From assembly GCA_964465205.1 (NCBI GenBank), contig CAYXJO010000008.1, positions 2,164 to 66,163 on the forward strand: DNA of 64,000 nucleotides. The letters are read 5' to 3'. This document shows positions 39,677-48,085 of this stretch, one piece after another. Under the pieces are notes generated by a model. That model was not told where the DNA came from. It worked only from the letters and a program-made list of their open reading frames with translations, and did not search any database. The stretch comes from an uncultured Gammaproteobacteria bacterium. Its GTDB lineage: Bacteria; Patescibacteriota; Patescibacteriia; Magasanikbacterales; GWA2-37-8. Position 1 is the stretch's first letter. Each line of letters starts with the position of its first letter. Made by a program: the position numbers and the translations under genes.

Positions 39677-40444
39677 CTAATTAGCCCCCTCTTGTTGGCA
39701 TCTGGTTATTTTAACCTCTTTTGTCGCATCCGAACAATGGAAGTAACTTCCCGCAGAGGTTGCCACAGGGGTAATATAGGCTTTATTGGGACGGTATTTA
39801 GAGGGTGTTTCATATGGTACTTCCAGCTCAACGTTGCCATTTTGATTTTGCGTGCTATCAACAATGCCCGGCCGTAAAGATGTTATAAAATGTTTTATTT
39901 CATCGGTTGCCATGACGATTTTAAATTTAACGTTTGAACCAGAGTCACAAGCTTCCAGGGATTTAATTTTTGCATCAACAACGCAATTGGGCACCGTCTT
40001 TAAAAAATTATCTCCAAATATTTCTTCAGGCTCAATATTGTAAAGTGTGAAAAATATATTTTTATAACTTGTGCTATTTGTTGGTCCGCAGATGTGTATC
40101 TTCATTTTAATGTCTGATTGTTGGTAAATACCACCCCAGTCGCCTCCGCATAAGGTCTTATCGCTCTCTCCCAAGTTTTCAGTTTTGTTCCAGCCGCCGT
40201 TTTTTAATTGGTTCTTATAATATTCATGGACATTGCCACTGTGTGTTTCGTATGTTATGTAGGTGGCCCCGGAGTCATCCTTTTTCATCCCTATTAACAT
40301 AGAACCAGGAAACAGGAAAGATTGATCTCTGTTTGGACGACTATCGTTTTTGTTGTAGTTTTTACAGTTTATCAATATCAAAATGAATACAGCAGCTAGA
40401 ATGAATATGCCGATTATTGCAGAGCCGGCCACCTTTTTAGTCAT
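39677..40444 (-). CDS. Hypothetical membrane-anchored/secreted protein (255 aa)
   Basis: N-terminal TM AIIGIFILAAVFILILI, Cys-containing ectodomain. Confidence 0.6.
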   Translation of the reverse strand: MTKKVAGSAIIGIFILAAVFILILINCKNYNKNDSRPNRDQSFLFPGSMLIGMKKDDSGATYITYETHSGNVHEYYKNQLKNGGWNKTENLGESDKTLCGGDWGGIYQQSDIKMKIHICGPTNSTSYKNIFFTLYNIEPEEIFGDNFLKTVPNCVVDAKIKSLEACDSGSNVKFKIVMATDEIKHFITSLRPGIVDSTQNQNGNVELEVPYETPSKYRPNKAYITPVATSAGSYFHCSDATKEVKITRCQQEGAN

Positions 40445-40461
40445 ATTATTTGATTTAGTAT

Positions 40462-40920
40462 TTAGATTTTATAAACACCCCTTTTAATAATCTGGTACAA
40501 GTATAACACAAATCCGACGACGATTAAAACATCGGCGATATTGATAATAGAAGTAAGTACGAGCAAGTAGTCAATTGTGTGGCCGTGAATTATTCGGTCG
40601 ATAAAATTGGAAATCGCGCCGGTGAAAATAAACGACAAAGCAAAAATTTTCCAATGATTATTTACATCACTTTGTCCCACCAGCATTAGATAAATCACAA
40701 AAGCGAGGATTGCGAGAGTTAGCGCCAGAGTCAGGGTGTTTGGGACCGGAATACCAAAACCAATGCCTGGGTTGAGAAATGGTTGCCAACCAAAAAAGTG
40801 ACCGGCCAAATTGGGGCGACTCCAACTGTGGGTGGCTAAGTGTTTTAGCCATCTATCTAAAAATAAAAAAAGTCCGTTTACTACGATCGCCGTAAGCAAA
40901 AGGACTTTTTTGTTTGGCAT
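40462..40920 (-). CDS. lspA: Lipoprotein signal peptidase II
   Basis: Four TM helices with NPGIGFG and FIDRIIHGHTIDYL / NIADVLI motifs. Confidence 0.85.
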   Translation of the reverse strand: MPNKKVLLLTAIVVNGLFLFLDRWLKHLATHSWSRPNLAGHFFGWQPFLNPGIGFGIPVPNTLTLALTLAILAFVIYLMLVGQSDVNNHWKIFALSFIFTGAISNFIDRIIHGHTIDYLLVLTSIINIADVLIVVGFVLYLYQIIKRGVYKI

Positions 40921-40921
40921 A

Positions 40922-41317
40922 TTACAGTTCTTGAGTGATGGTTTTTTTGCATTCTACACAAGCCGAAGAAGTCGGTCGTGCTATTAGCCTTTTCTCTTCA
41001 ATTGGTTTTTTGCAATACTTGCAAATTCCGTAAGTACCCTTTTCGATATTGGTGAGCGCCTTGTTTACATCGCGCAAAGTTTTTTCCAAGTTGCCTTCAA
41101 TTGATAAGTTAGTCGCATACTCGGCCACCTCGTTGGCGTTTTCGTCTTCTTTATCGCCATAATCAGGAAACTTGCTATCATAATCATCGGTCACGTGAGG
41201 ATTTTTCTCCGTGAACAGTCCGAGCTCTTTTTCTAGGCGTTCTTTTTCTTGAATTAAACCATTTTTGATTTTTGCTAGTGCTTCTGCAGAAACAGCAGCC
41301 TGTGTTTGTTTAGCCAT
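40922..41317 (-). CDS. DksA/TraR-family C4 zinc-finger protein
   Basis: Coiled-coil N-terminus. C-terminal CKYCKKPI...CVEC zinc finger. Confidence 0.75.
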   Translation of the reverse strand: MAKQTQAAVSAEALAKIKNGLIQEKERLEKELGLFTEKNPHVTDDYDSKFPDYGDKEDENANEVAEYATNLSIEGNLEKTLRDVNKALTNIEKGTYGICKYCKKPIEEKRLIARPTSSACVECKKTITQEL

Positions 41318-41420
41318 AACAGCTAATTAGTTGGATAAATTATGTCTATAGTGTAGCAAATTTTGCTTAGATTAGTCAAGCCAAGCCCGGGCGGGCCCAC
41401 CTGATTAATTCTGGGTAAAC

Positions 41421-41476
41421 AAAAAAGACGAGTTGTACCTCATGAAATATAATTTTAAAGGTTGCTCGTCTTTTTT
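41421..41476. terminator. Long bidirectional hairpin AAAAAAGACGAG-(32 nt)-CTCGTCTTTTTT
   Basis: 12-bp perfect arms that double as A/T tails. Confidence 0.55.
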
Positions 41477-41486
41477 CACTAAATAA

Positions 41487-41663
41487 GACGAGGGTTTTGC
41501 CCCAGCGAGGCTGGAGCTAGACGATGTCGCTTAAGTAGTGTTGGATACACCTACCGCTTAGTGGCAGGGCCTCGGCGCCAGCCGTCTCATACGATCGGGC
41601 TAGTAAGAAGTGAGCTAGGCTCACAAGGAGGATGCCGTGAAAGAAGTTAAGCGAATCCGCCTC
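41487..41663. ncRNA. GC-rich putative structured ncRNA of unknown class (strand undetermined)
   Basis: About 180-nt island of roughly 60% GC in AT-rich intergenic DNA. Stops in all six frames. Internal complementary segments (CCAGCGAGGCTGG / GGCGCCAGCC). Bounded by the hairpin above and a T-run at 41664-41680. Confidence 0.4.
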
Positions 41664-41859
41664 TATTTCATTTTTTAATTTGATAGTGGTGGACTAACTT
41701 CTTTTTATAGTATTCCGCTTATTAGTTTTCGGAATGATGAAGCAGTGATTGTGTATATACTTGTGTAAAGAGCCCGCTTTCCAAATTACGTCATAGTTTT
41801 TACCTCACATTATTAAGTATAGCACAAAATAGAAGTTTTGTCAAGGGGGTGGCATTTTT

Positions 41860-41908
41860 GGCTAATTTTAGACAAAAAATCGGTAAAAAGGCTAATTTTA
41901 GACAAAAA
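41860..41908. repeat. Direct repeat GGCTAATTTTAGACAAAAA x2, 30-bp period
   Basis: Copies at 41860-41879 and 41890-41908, immediately upstream of the first 26-bp palindrome. Confidence 0.7.
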
Positions 41909-41934
41909 GTTTGTATAGACTAGTGTATACAAAC
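41909..41934. promoter_or_regulatory. 26-bp palindromic element GTTTGTATAgactagtgTATACAAAC (copy 1)
   Basis: 9-bp perfect inverted arms, 8-bp spacer. Confidence 0.65.
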
Positions 41935-41973
41935 TTTATTTAGCTGAGCTTTGCGGAAAAAGTGTGTATGATA

Positions 41974-42172
41974 TGTGGAAAACCCATATATTTTGATCAT
42001 AGTTATCCACATTAAATGTAGTTTATCCCCAGAGTTATCCACAGTTTGTATAGACTAGTGTATACAAACTTATGCACAATTGAGAATTTTATCTCGTTTT
42101 GTAGAGATATAAGCCAAAAATCAGAGAGTGTGTGCTGATAATATGCAGGAATCTCGATTACTTGTGGATAAG
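41974..42172. promoter_or_regulatory. DnaA-box cluster (candidate oriC or DnaA-titration locus) containing palindrome copy 2 (42044-42069)
   Basis: Perfect TTATCCACA at 42003-42011 and 42035-42043, and (reverse) at 42164-42172. One-mismatch boxes at 41974-41982, 42023-42031 and 42070-42078 (TTATGCACA). AT-rich ATATATTTTGATCAT. Confidence 0.55.
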
Positions 42173-42239
42173 TTGCACTTGACAATACACCTATTTAGGT
42201 GCATAGTACATATATCAGACTTAATAAGTATGTAGCAAT

Positions 42240-42443
42240 ATGGCTAAGTTAAGCCAAAAAGAGCCGATAGAACGGGTCACAATTAAGTTGCCAAAATCGA
42301 TTGCGGACTATTTTCGCAAGGCTTTTCCGCACGGAAAACGTAGTGATTTTGTGGCGGATTGTATTAATCGTTACCGCAAAGAGCAGGTGACTAGTGCTAT
42401 TGAAGACGAATTTCGCGATATTAGTAAAAAGCATTTTAACTAA
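42240..42443 (+). CDS. Ribbon-helix-helix (CopG/ParD-like) DNA-binding protein
   Basis: ERVTIKLPKSIADYFRKAF matches the RHH beta-strand/helix pattern. 67 aa. Confidence 0.5.
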   Translation: MAKLSQKEPIERVTIKLPKSIADYFRKAFPHGKRSDFVADCINRYRKEQVTSAIEDEFRDISKKHFN

Positions 42444-42453
42444 TTATAAACAT

Positions 42454-42732
42454 ATGATCGTCACCGACAAACCTATTAATTCGGTGTTCGACGACCTTTT
42501 TGCCGAGGACCAGGTATTTGTGGCCAAAGTACGAGGTGCCCTAGATAAAGACCAGAGATTGTTAGAAAAAGTCTGTCAATTTGTAGTGGAAAAAATCGGA
42601 CATGAAAATGTGGTGAATTTTGGGCAATTGGCATCCAATTTGAAAATGCATGCCTGCCTAGATTACTTAGCGATTGGTATTGTGTCTGGTAAAATCGGCA
42701 AAAGCGATATCCTGAAAATGATCAAGGTGTAA
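42454..42732 (+). CDS. Hypothetical protein (93 aa), candidate antitoxin partner
   Basis: ATG 11 nt after the upstream stop. Ends 4 nt before the MazF-like gene. Confidence 0.45.
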   Translation: MIVTDKPINSVFDDLFAEDQVFVAKVRGALDKDQRLLEKVCQFVVEKIGHENVVNFGQLASNLKMHACLDYLAIGIVSGKIGKSDILKMIKV

Positions 42733-42736
42733 CTAT

Positions 42737-43105
42737 ATGGATTTTGAACTTGATAAAATGTATTGTGGTGCTGTACGTCGCGGGGATGTGTTTTTTTGGG
42801 AAGATGAAAAAGGTGAAGAGAAGGCCGGTTTGGTGCTACAAGACGATATTTTAAACGAACGATTACCTAGTGTGTTGTTGGCTGGACTCGAGCCACACGA
42901 TAAAGGCGAAAGAATTTTTAAAAATGAAGTGTTACTCAAAAGTAACGAAACCGGACTGGGAGTAGACGCGGTATGCAAGCTTTATAAAATTTATACAGTG
43001 GATAGACGCAAGATCGTGGCGAAAAAGGGTGAGTTGGTCAAGGAGAATTTATTGAAGGTTCTACAAGCGTTGGATTTGAACTTGGGACGGTTTCGAGACG
43101 AATAG
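42737..43105 (+). CDS. MazF/PemK-family toxin-like protein
   Basis: RRGDVFFWEDEKG...AGLVLQDDILNE...VLLAGLEPH and DAVCKLYKIYTVDRRKIV...LLKVLQALDL follow the PemK/MazF beta-barrel pattern. SD AAGGTG upstream. Confidence 0.6.
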   Translation: MDFELDKMYCGAVRRGDVFFWEDEKGEEKAGLVLQDDILNERLPSVLLAGLEPHDKGERIFKNEVLLKSNETGLGVDAVCKLYKIYTVDRRKIVAKKGELVKENLLKVLQALDLNLGRFRDE

Positions 43106-43265
43106 TGTAATAAATTGGTTTACGCGAGGTGTAGAAAGAGAACTCGGGTGAGCTCAATTGAATATTTTGAGTGTTGCTATTTGTGAGTTAAATTAACGAA
43201 TAGATAGGAACAAAGGTACTTTGACATGTATACAAAAACGTTACGTTTTGGAAAAGGAGAATACC

Positions 43266-44345
43266 ATGCTAGGACCAACAGTTCAAAAAGTTGCGACGGT
43301 GGATGAAGTGACTGGCGTCGCGAAGATTCCGCGGGTCAAGAAAAAAGGAAAAAGTATGAGCAAGAGGATTGTCCTCTGGCTCAGAATTGCGTGGTTCGCA
43401 GTGCTGTATCTGGCGTGGCCGCTGTTCAAACGGTGGTTGTCGCCGGCGGCAGTGTTCTTTGTTTATCCGGGGAAGCCCTCGGACAAATACGCCTTCTTCA
43501 CTCCATGGATGGAGAAGCGCTTTCGCCCAGTGTTCCCACTGGGTGTCATGCGCCTGCCCGGCGGTCGCTTGGGTTTGATGATCGCCAAGCCGATCACAAC
43601 CGCGGAAATGGACCTGGATCCATCGTTAGCATTGCAAACGATGGAACAGATCCAAGCCGAGGTGCCGAAGGCCAAGGCGGTGGCATTGGCGGGCCGGTTC
43701 CCTGGTTACGTGCACAAGGCGGGGGGCAGCTTTCCACAACCTTTCGTGCCCGGAATTAATGGAACCGTGTTTGCCATGGTCAGTGCCGCGGACGCGTTGG
43801 CTCAAAAAGCCGGACGCCCGGCTTCGGAGTTGGCCATCGCGGTGCTCGGTGGAGCCGGCACTGTTGGTAGTAAGGTGGTCGAATCAACCAGCCACGCCTT
43901 CAAGAGTGTGGTGGCGTTCGACATCCGCTACGCGGAGGAGAGCACGAAAGGCAATGTGGTATTCAGTAGCGCGCCGCAACGCTTGCGTGATGCCGACGTG
44001 GCCATTGTACTCACCGCCGAAGGTGACCAAGTCGCCGAGCTGGCCCCGTATTTTCGGGCTGGCGCTATCGTCGCGGATGATACCCATCCGTGTATGTATA
44101 GCGAAACACGCCGACTGTTGACGGCACGCGGGGTGGATCTCTATAAGGTTGCCATGGAAGGCGACCTGAGGATGTTCCCGCGATTGCCGAACTTCAACGC
44201 GACCGATGTCCCCGGGTGTCTCCTGGAGGCAGTAACTGTTGCGTTGCGAGGGTGGGAGGTGATTGAGGACCAGGAGGAATTCAATCGCGCCGCTACCGCC
44301 GTTGGCTTCAAGCCGCGGCTGTATCGCCACCCCGACGAGAACTGA
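43266..44345 (+). CDS. GC-rich NAD(P)-binding Rossmann-fold protein with N-terminal TM (putative dehydrogenase); likely horizontally acquired
   Basis: Strong SD AAAGGAGAATACC before ATG at 43266. AVLGGAGTVGSKVV glycine-rich loop. Visibly higher GC than flanking genes. Confidence 0.6.
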   Translation: MLGPTVQKVATVDEVTGVAKIPRVKKKGKSMSKRIVLWLRIAWFAVLYLAWPLFKRWLSPAAVFFVYPGKPSDKYAFFTPWMEKRFRPVFPLGVMRLPGGRLGLMIAKPITTAEMDLDPSLALQTMEQIQAEVPKAKAVALAGRFPGYVHKAGGSFPQPFVPGINGTVFAMVSAADALAQKAGRPASELAIAVLGGAGTVGSKVVESTSHAFKSVVAFDIRYAEESTKGNVVFSSAPQRLRDADVAIVLTAEGDQVAELAPYFRAGAIVADDTHPCMYSETRRLLTARGVDLYKVAMEGDLRMFPRLPNFNATDVPGCLLEAVTVALRGWEVIEDQEEFNRAATAVGFKPRLYRHPDEN

Positions 44346-44389
44346 GGACTAACTCGTCGACCGTTCTTTCTTACTTAGAGGGCTACCCG

Positions 44390-46096
44390 TTGGGAGCCCT
44401 CGTTTTTTTTATTTATAAAAAATCAAAAATGTGCTATGATAATATCTGTATATCAGAATCTATGATATTATTGGATTTTCGTAATGTAGTAGTATTGCTG
44501 TCGTTGGCGGTAAACTTGATCTTGTTGTCCATTATTTATCGCTATGGGCGTAAAACACCGGGAGGCAACGCTTATGCGATTGCAGTTGCTAGTATTGCTG
44601 GCTGGATTTTGCCTATGGTGTTCTATCGTTCAGATTTTTTGAACCAGACTGTTTTGTGGGTGCGTGTTTTGTATATAATGGCGTCGTTTACCTCAACGAC
44701 ATTTTTTTATTTTACTTTAGTTTTTCCCGAAGGGAACAAAATACCTTGGTGGGTACACTTATTTATTGCTATTGAAAATTTGGCGATAGTTGGTTTGTGT
44801 ATTCATCCCGACTGGTTTATTCGAGGCGTTGAATGGGTGGTAAATGATGAAAAAATTATTTTGTGGGGGCCGCTGTATATTGTATACGCGATGCATGTGA
44901 GTTTGTTTTTTTTGGCCGGGTTTGTTGTGCTGTGGTTGAAGATAAATAAACAGCAAACCAAAGAAACAAAGAAACAAATCAAAATGATTTTGTTGGGGTA
45001 CTTTATCGGCGCCAATTTAGCTATGGTCACCAATTTAACTTTGCCTTGGCTCGGTTATTTCAAACTGAATTGGGCGGGGCAGGTGTGCTCTACCGCCCTG
45101 GCAGTATTCTCCACTTATGCGATTTTTAAATATCGTTTGTTGAATATTCGTTTAATCTTGACCGAGAGTTTTGTTTTGGTACTCAACCTGGTATTGTTTG
45201 GACAGTTTTTGTTATCTGGTTCGGTCGGCGTGTTCATCGCTAACGGTTTGATATTGGCCGCTGTCATGATAATCTCTTATGGTTTGATAAAAAGTAGTTA
45301 TAATGAAATATTGCGCAGAGAAGAGCTGGCAGAATTGGCTCATAATTTGGAACGCGCTAATCTACGTTTGCAAGAATTGGATCGCCAAAAAACAGAATTT
45401 TTGTCGATTGCAGCTCACCAACTACGCACACCGCTATCTATTTTGAAAGGCTTCATTGAATTGATCAAAGATGGCGCGTATGGAAAGCCGACCAAAGGCA
45501 TTACCGATTCATTGAATAACATGAATGAGAGTAACGAACATCTTATTAAATTAGTCGATGATTTTCTGGATATTTCACGTATTGAGCAGGGGCGTACTAA
45601 GTATGTGTTTGAGTCCACTGATTTGAATGCTATTATATCTGAGGCGGTACGTGAACTTGCTCCCAAAGCAACTGACAAAAAAATGAAAATAGATTATCGT
45701 AAACACAGAGGGCCATTATTGGTAGTGTTGGATAAAGAAAAAGTTTATAATGTAGTTTATAACTTCGTTGACAATGCTATAAAATATAGCGATATTGGCG
45801 CGATTGTGGTTGATGTAAAATTAGAAGATAGTGGTGTGGCTGTCCGAGTCAGCGACACCGGTGTTGGTTTTGGTAGAGAAGATGAGGCTAATTTCTTCCA
45901 GAAATTCTATCGCGGGAAAAATGTAATTGGCACAAACGTCACCGGTACTGGTTTGGGTCTGTATGTTTGTCGTCGTTTTATTGAAGCACATGGCGGCAAG
46001 GTGTGGGCGCACTCCCCAGGTTTGGGTAAAGGTAGTGAGTTTGGGTTTTGGATACCACTGTCAAATGTTGCCAAAAAAGTTTTGGTTGAGCAGTAG
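44390..46096 (+). CDS. Sensor histidine kinase with polytopic (about 7-TM) N-terminal sensor domain; no cognate response regulator adjacent
   Basis: H-box AAHQLRTPLSILKGF. HATPase_c motifs DNAIKYS, DTGVGF, GTGLGL. Confidence 0.8.
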   Translation: MGALVFFIYKKSKMCYDNICISESMILLDFRNVVVLLSLAVNLILLSIIYRYGRKTPGGNAYAIAVASIAGWILPMVFYRSDFLNQTVLWVRVLYIMASFTSTTFFYFTLVFPEGNKIPWWVHLFIAIENLAIVGLCIHPDWFIRGVEWVVNDEKIILWGPLYIVYAMHVSLFFLAGFVVLWLKINKQQTKETKKQIKMILLGYFIGANLAMVTNLTLPWLGYFKLNWAGQVCSTALAVFSTYAIFKYRLLNIRLILTESFVLVLNLVLFGQFLLSGSVGVFIANGLILAAVMIISYGLIKSSYNEILRREELAELAHNLERANLRLQELDRQKTEFLSIAAHQLRTPLSILKGFIELIKDGAYGKPTKGITDSLNNMNESNEHLIKLVDDFLDISRIEQGRTKYVFESTDLNAIISEAVRELAPKATDKKMKIDYRKHRGPLLVVLDKEKVYNVVYNFVDNAIKYSDIGAIVVDVKLEDSGVAVRVSDTGVGFGREDEANFFQKFYRGKNVIGTNVTGTGLGLYVCRRFIEAHGGKVWAHSPGLGKGSEFGFWIPLSNVAKKVLVEQ

Positions 46097-46213
46097 AGCC
46101 GTAATCATTTTTGAGTTTTGAAAAAATCGGGCAACCGATTTTTTAAATAAATGAGATTTTTGGCAATAAAAATAGGCAGCCACATGGTGGCTGCCCGCCC
46201 GAGTGTCGGGGAG

Positions 46214-46693
46214 TTATTGTTTGCCGCGAATGTGCCGCGAAATTGCTGAAGCAAGCTTCGCCAGCTCGGCATCGTCCACTCGCGGACCGTCATGCGAGGA
46301 CAAGTAGCCTTCGTAGGTGGTAAAGAACTTTGTGTCCTCAAACAGGATAGGCTTCCACTCGCACATGTTGCCGGTGCCGTGCATCGGTACCAACTTGGTG
46401 TGCGCGTGGTCGACGCCGAAGCCTTCGACGATCATGCCCGTGCGTCCAACATTCGGAAAGAACGTATCCAGATGATGCGCTACCACTTGGGATGCTCGCA
46501 TCAACTTACGATACTGTTCTTTCGGAAGGTCGAATACATAGGACGTGAAGTGGCTTTTTAGCGCCACCACCGTCACTCCTTGGGTGTTGGGGAAAATGGA
46601 CAGGAACGCGATGCAGTCCTCGTCTTCCCAGATGATGTGGCTCGGAATTTCTCCCGCCACGATTTTGCAGAATACGCACTCGCACTTTTCCAT
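46214..46693 (-). CDS. HIT-like (histidine triad) nucleotide hydrolase-family protein, GC-rich
   Basis: N-terminal CVFCKI zinc-binding motif. Degenerate HIT motif VDHAHTKLVPMHG (H-x-H-x-K). Confidence 0.6.
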   Translation of the reverse strand: MEKCECVFCKIVAGEIPSHIIWEDEDCIAFLSIFPNTQGVTVVALKSHFTSYVFDLPKEQYRKLMRASQVVAHHLDTFFPNVGRTGMIVEGFGVDHAHTKLVPMHGTGNMCEWKPILFEDTKFFTTYEGYLSSHDGPRVDDAELAKLASAISRHIRGKQ

Positions 46694-46886
46694 TGTTTGC
46701 TCCTTATGTCAGGTGGTTCGGGTAGCTGTTGAGAAATAGCAATATATTAGTATACCAAATAATGACTTGTCTGTCAATAGTTTTTTGTTCTTGTTAGATT
46801 GAGATTTTTATAATGAGATTGTTTGATAATATTAAAAGAACCCAACCACTGGTGTGGTTGGGTTGGTTGAGCGGTGTCTCATGATG

Positions 46887-47921
46887 TTAGAACTTGTAGA
46901 AACCTTCCGCGTTGGAGCAGAAGATTCTTTCTTTGGCCTCTGCTTGATGGCGAATTGGCAATCGTTCGACAGCTTGCCTAATGGCCGTGAGGGCTTCCCA
47001 ATGCGAGTGTGTCGCTTTGGCCGCCAAGTGTCGGTACTGCCTGTGTTCTGCTGGGTCGGCCCAGTGGTAAGGAATGGCTGTGACAAGTCGTTCGCCCAGT
47101 TTTGGGTGAACATACGATGCCCAACGCACCAGGTGGAATGGTTGGTCGGAGCCAAACATGAGTCGAGTGGTGCCGACCGTATTGAGTGCAAGAGTGACAA
47201 TTTCCGGATCCGGCACCAAGGCGGTGTCGAAGTTGATCTGGTGCAAGCGAGCGAGAACTTGCATCGCCTCTTTGAGTCCAGGTATTACGCGATCTGTGAG
47301 GCTGATGTGAGCCAGGCAGATACGTAATTTGGGGAAATCCCGCACCAATTGCCGTATTTGGTCAAGGCATTGGACGATGTCGGTAGGTGGATGTAGGACA
47401 ATAGGTATGTCCAGATCTTGTGCCGCCTCCAGTATCACAGGAGTGAAGTACTGATAGATATGTGTGGCCGGCGGGTTGAGGTGAAAGTAGTACATTTTCA
47501 GAGCTGACACGCGTGGGTGGTGTAACAGAGCTGTTGTATAGTCTGGATTTTCGGGTATTCCATAGAGCGCTACCCGATCTCGAGCCGGACTGTGTTTGAG
47601 CAAATAGTCGTTCGCGGCTTTTTGATCAAGACCGCGCCATACCCCAGAAAAACGCAAAGTGCGAATTGTCTTGGTGGGGTGGAATAGCCGTTGCCAGTCG
47701 CAGGATTCTTCAATGCTGAAACTGGGAAAGGTGGAGATAATATGGTCGTATGATTCTTGGTCCATCTGTCCGGCGTGTTCTGGTAGGCACGAGTGCGCGT
47801 GGCAGTCAATGATTTGATCGGGAAGCCAGCCTTCGAATTGCTTAATGAATTCTTCTTCTGCTGGCGTCAAACTTCGAGCGTGTTTTAGGTAGTCAACTCG
47901 CGGGATTGGTTGGATAGTCAT
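46887..47921 (-). CDS. Amidohydrolase-2 (TIM-barrel metal-dependent hydrolase/decarboxylase family) protein
   Basis: DCHAHS metal-binding motif. The track ORF start (48335) is an Arg-rich artefact overlapping lysS. I place the start at MTIQPIPRV (47921). Confidence 0.65.
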   Translation of the reverse strand: MTIQPIPRVDYLKHARSLTPAEEEFIKQFEGWLPDQIIDCHAHSCLPEHAGQMDQESYDHIISTFPSFSIEESCDWQRLFHPTKTIRTLRFSGVWRGLDQKAANDYLLKHSPARDRVALYGIPENPDYTTALLHHPRVSALKMYYFHLNPPATHIYQYFTPVILEAAQDLDIPIVLHPPTDIVQCLDQIRQLVRDFPKLRICLAHISLTDRVIPGLKEAMQVLARLHQINFDTALVPDPEIVTLALNTVGTTRLMFGSDQPFHLVRWASYVHPKLGERLVTAIPYHWADPAEHRQYRHLAAKATHSHWEALTAIRQAVERLPIRHQAEAKERIFCSNAEGFYKF

Positions 47922-48024
47922 GTGGCCTCCGACGGTTGGGTGGTTTTGTGAATGAGCGGTTAATTGTGGTATGGCAATTATATTGATACTAAAACACAAA
48001 TTGGTTGGTTTGTAAATACTTCCT

Positions 48025-48059
48025 AAAATAAAAAGGCACAGCGTTTGGAACGCTGTGCC
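48025..48059 (-). terminator. Rho-independent terminator after lysS (GGCACAGCGTT-cca-AACGCTGTGCC + T-run)
   Basis: Read directly. 11-bp perfect stem. Confidence 0.75.
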
Positions 48060-48085
48060 AGAGTAACTGTTGGCGCTGATTTGAA

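Noticed and set aside
41487-41663. GC-rich island as a protein-coding pseudogene
   Set aside because: Stops occur in all six frames within short distances, and no recognisable peptide remnants are present.
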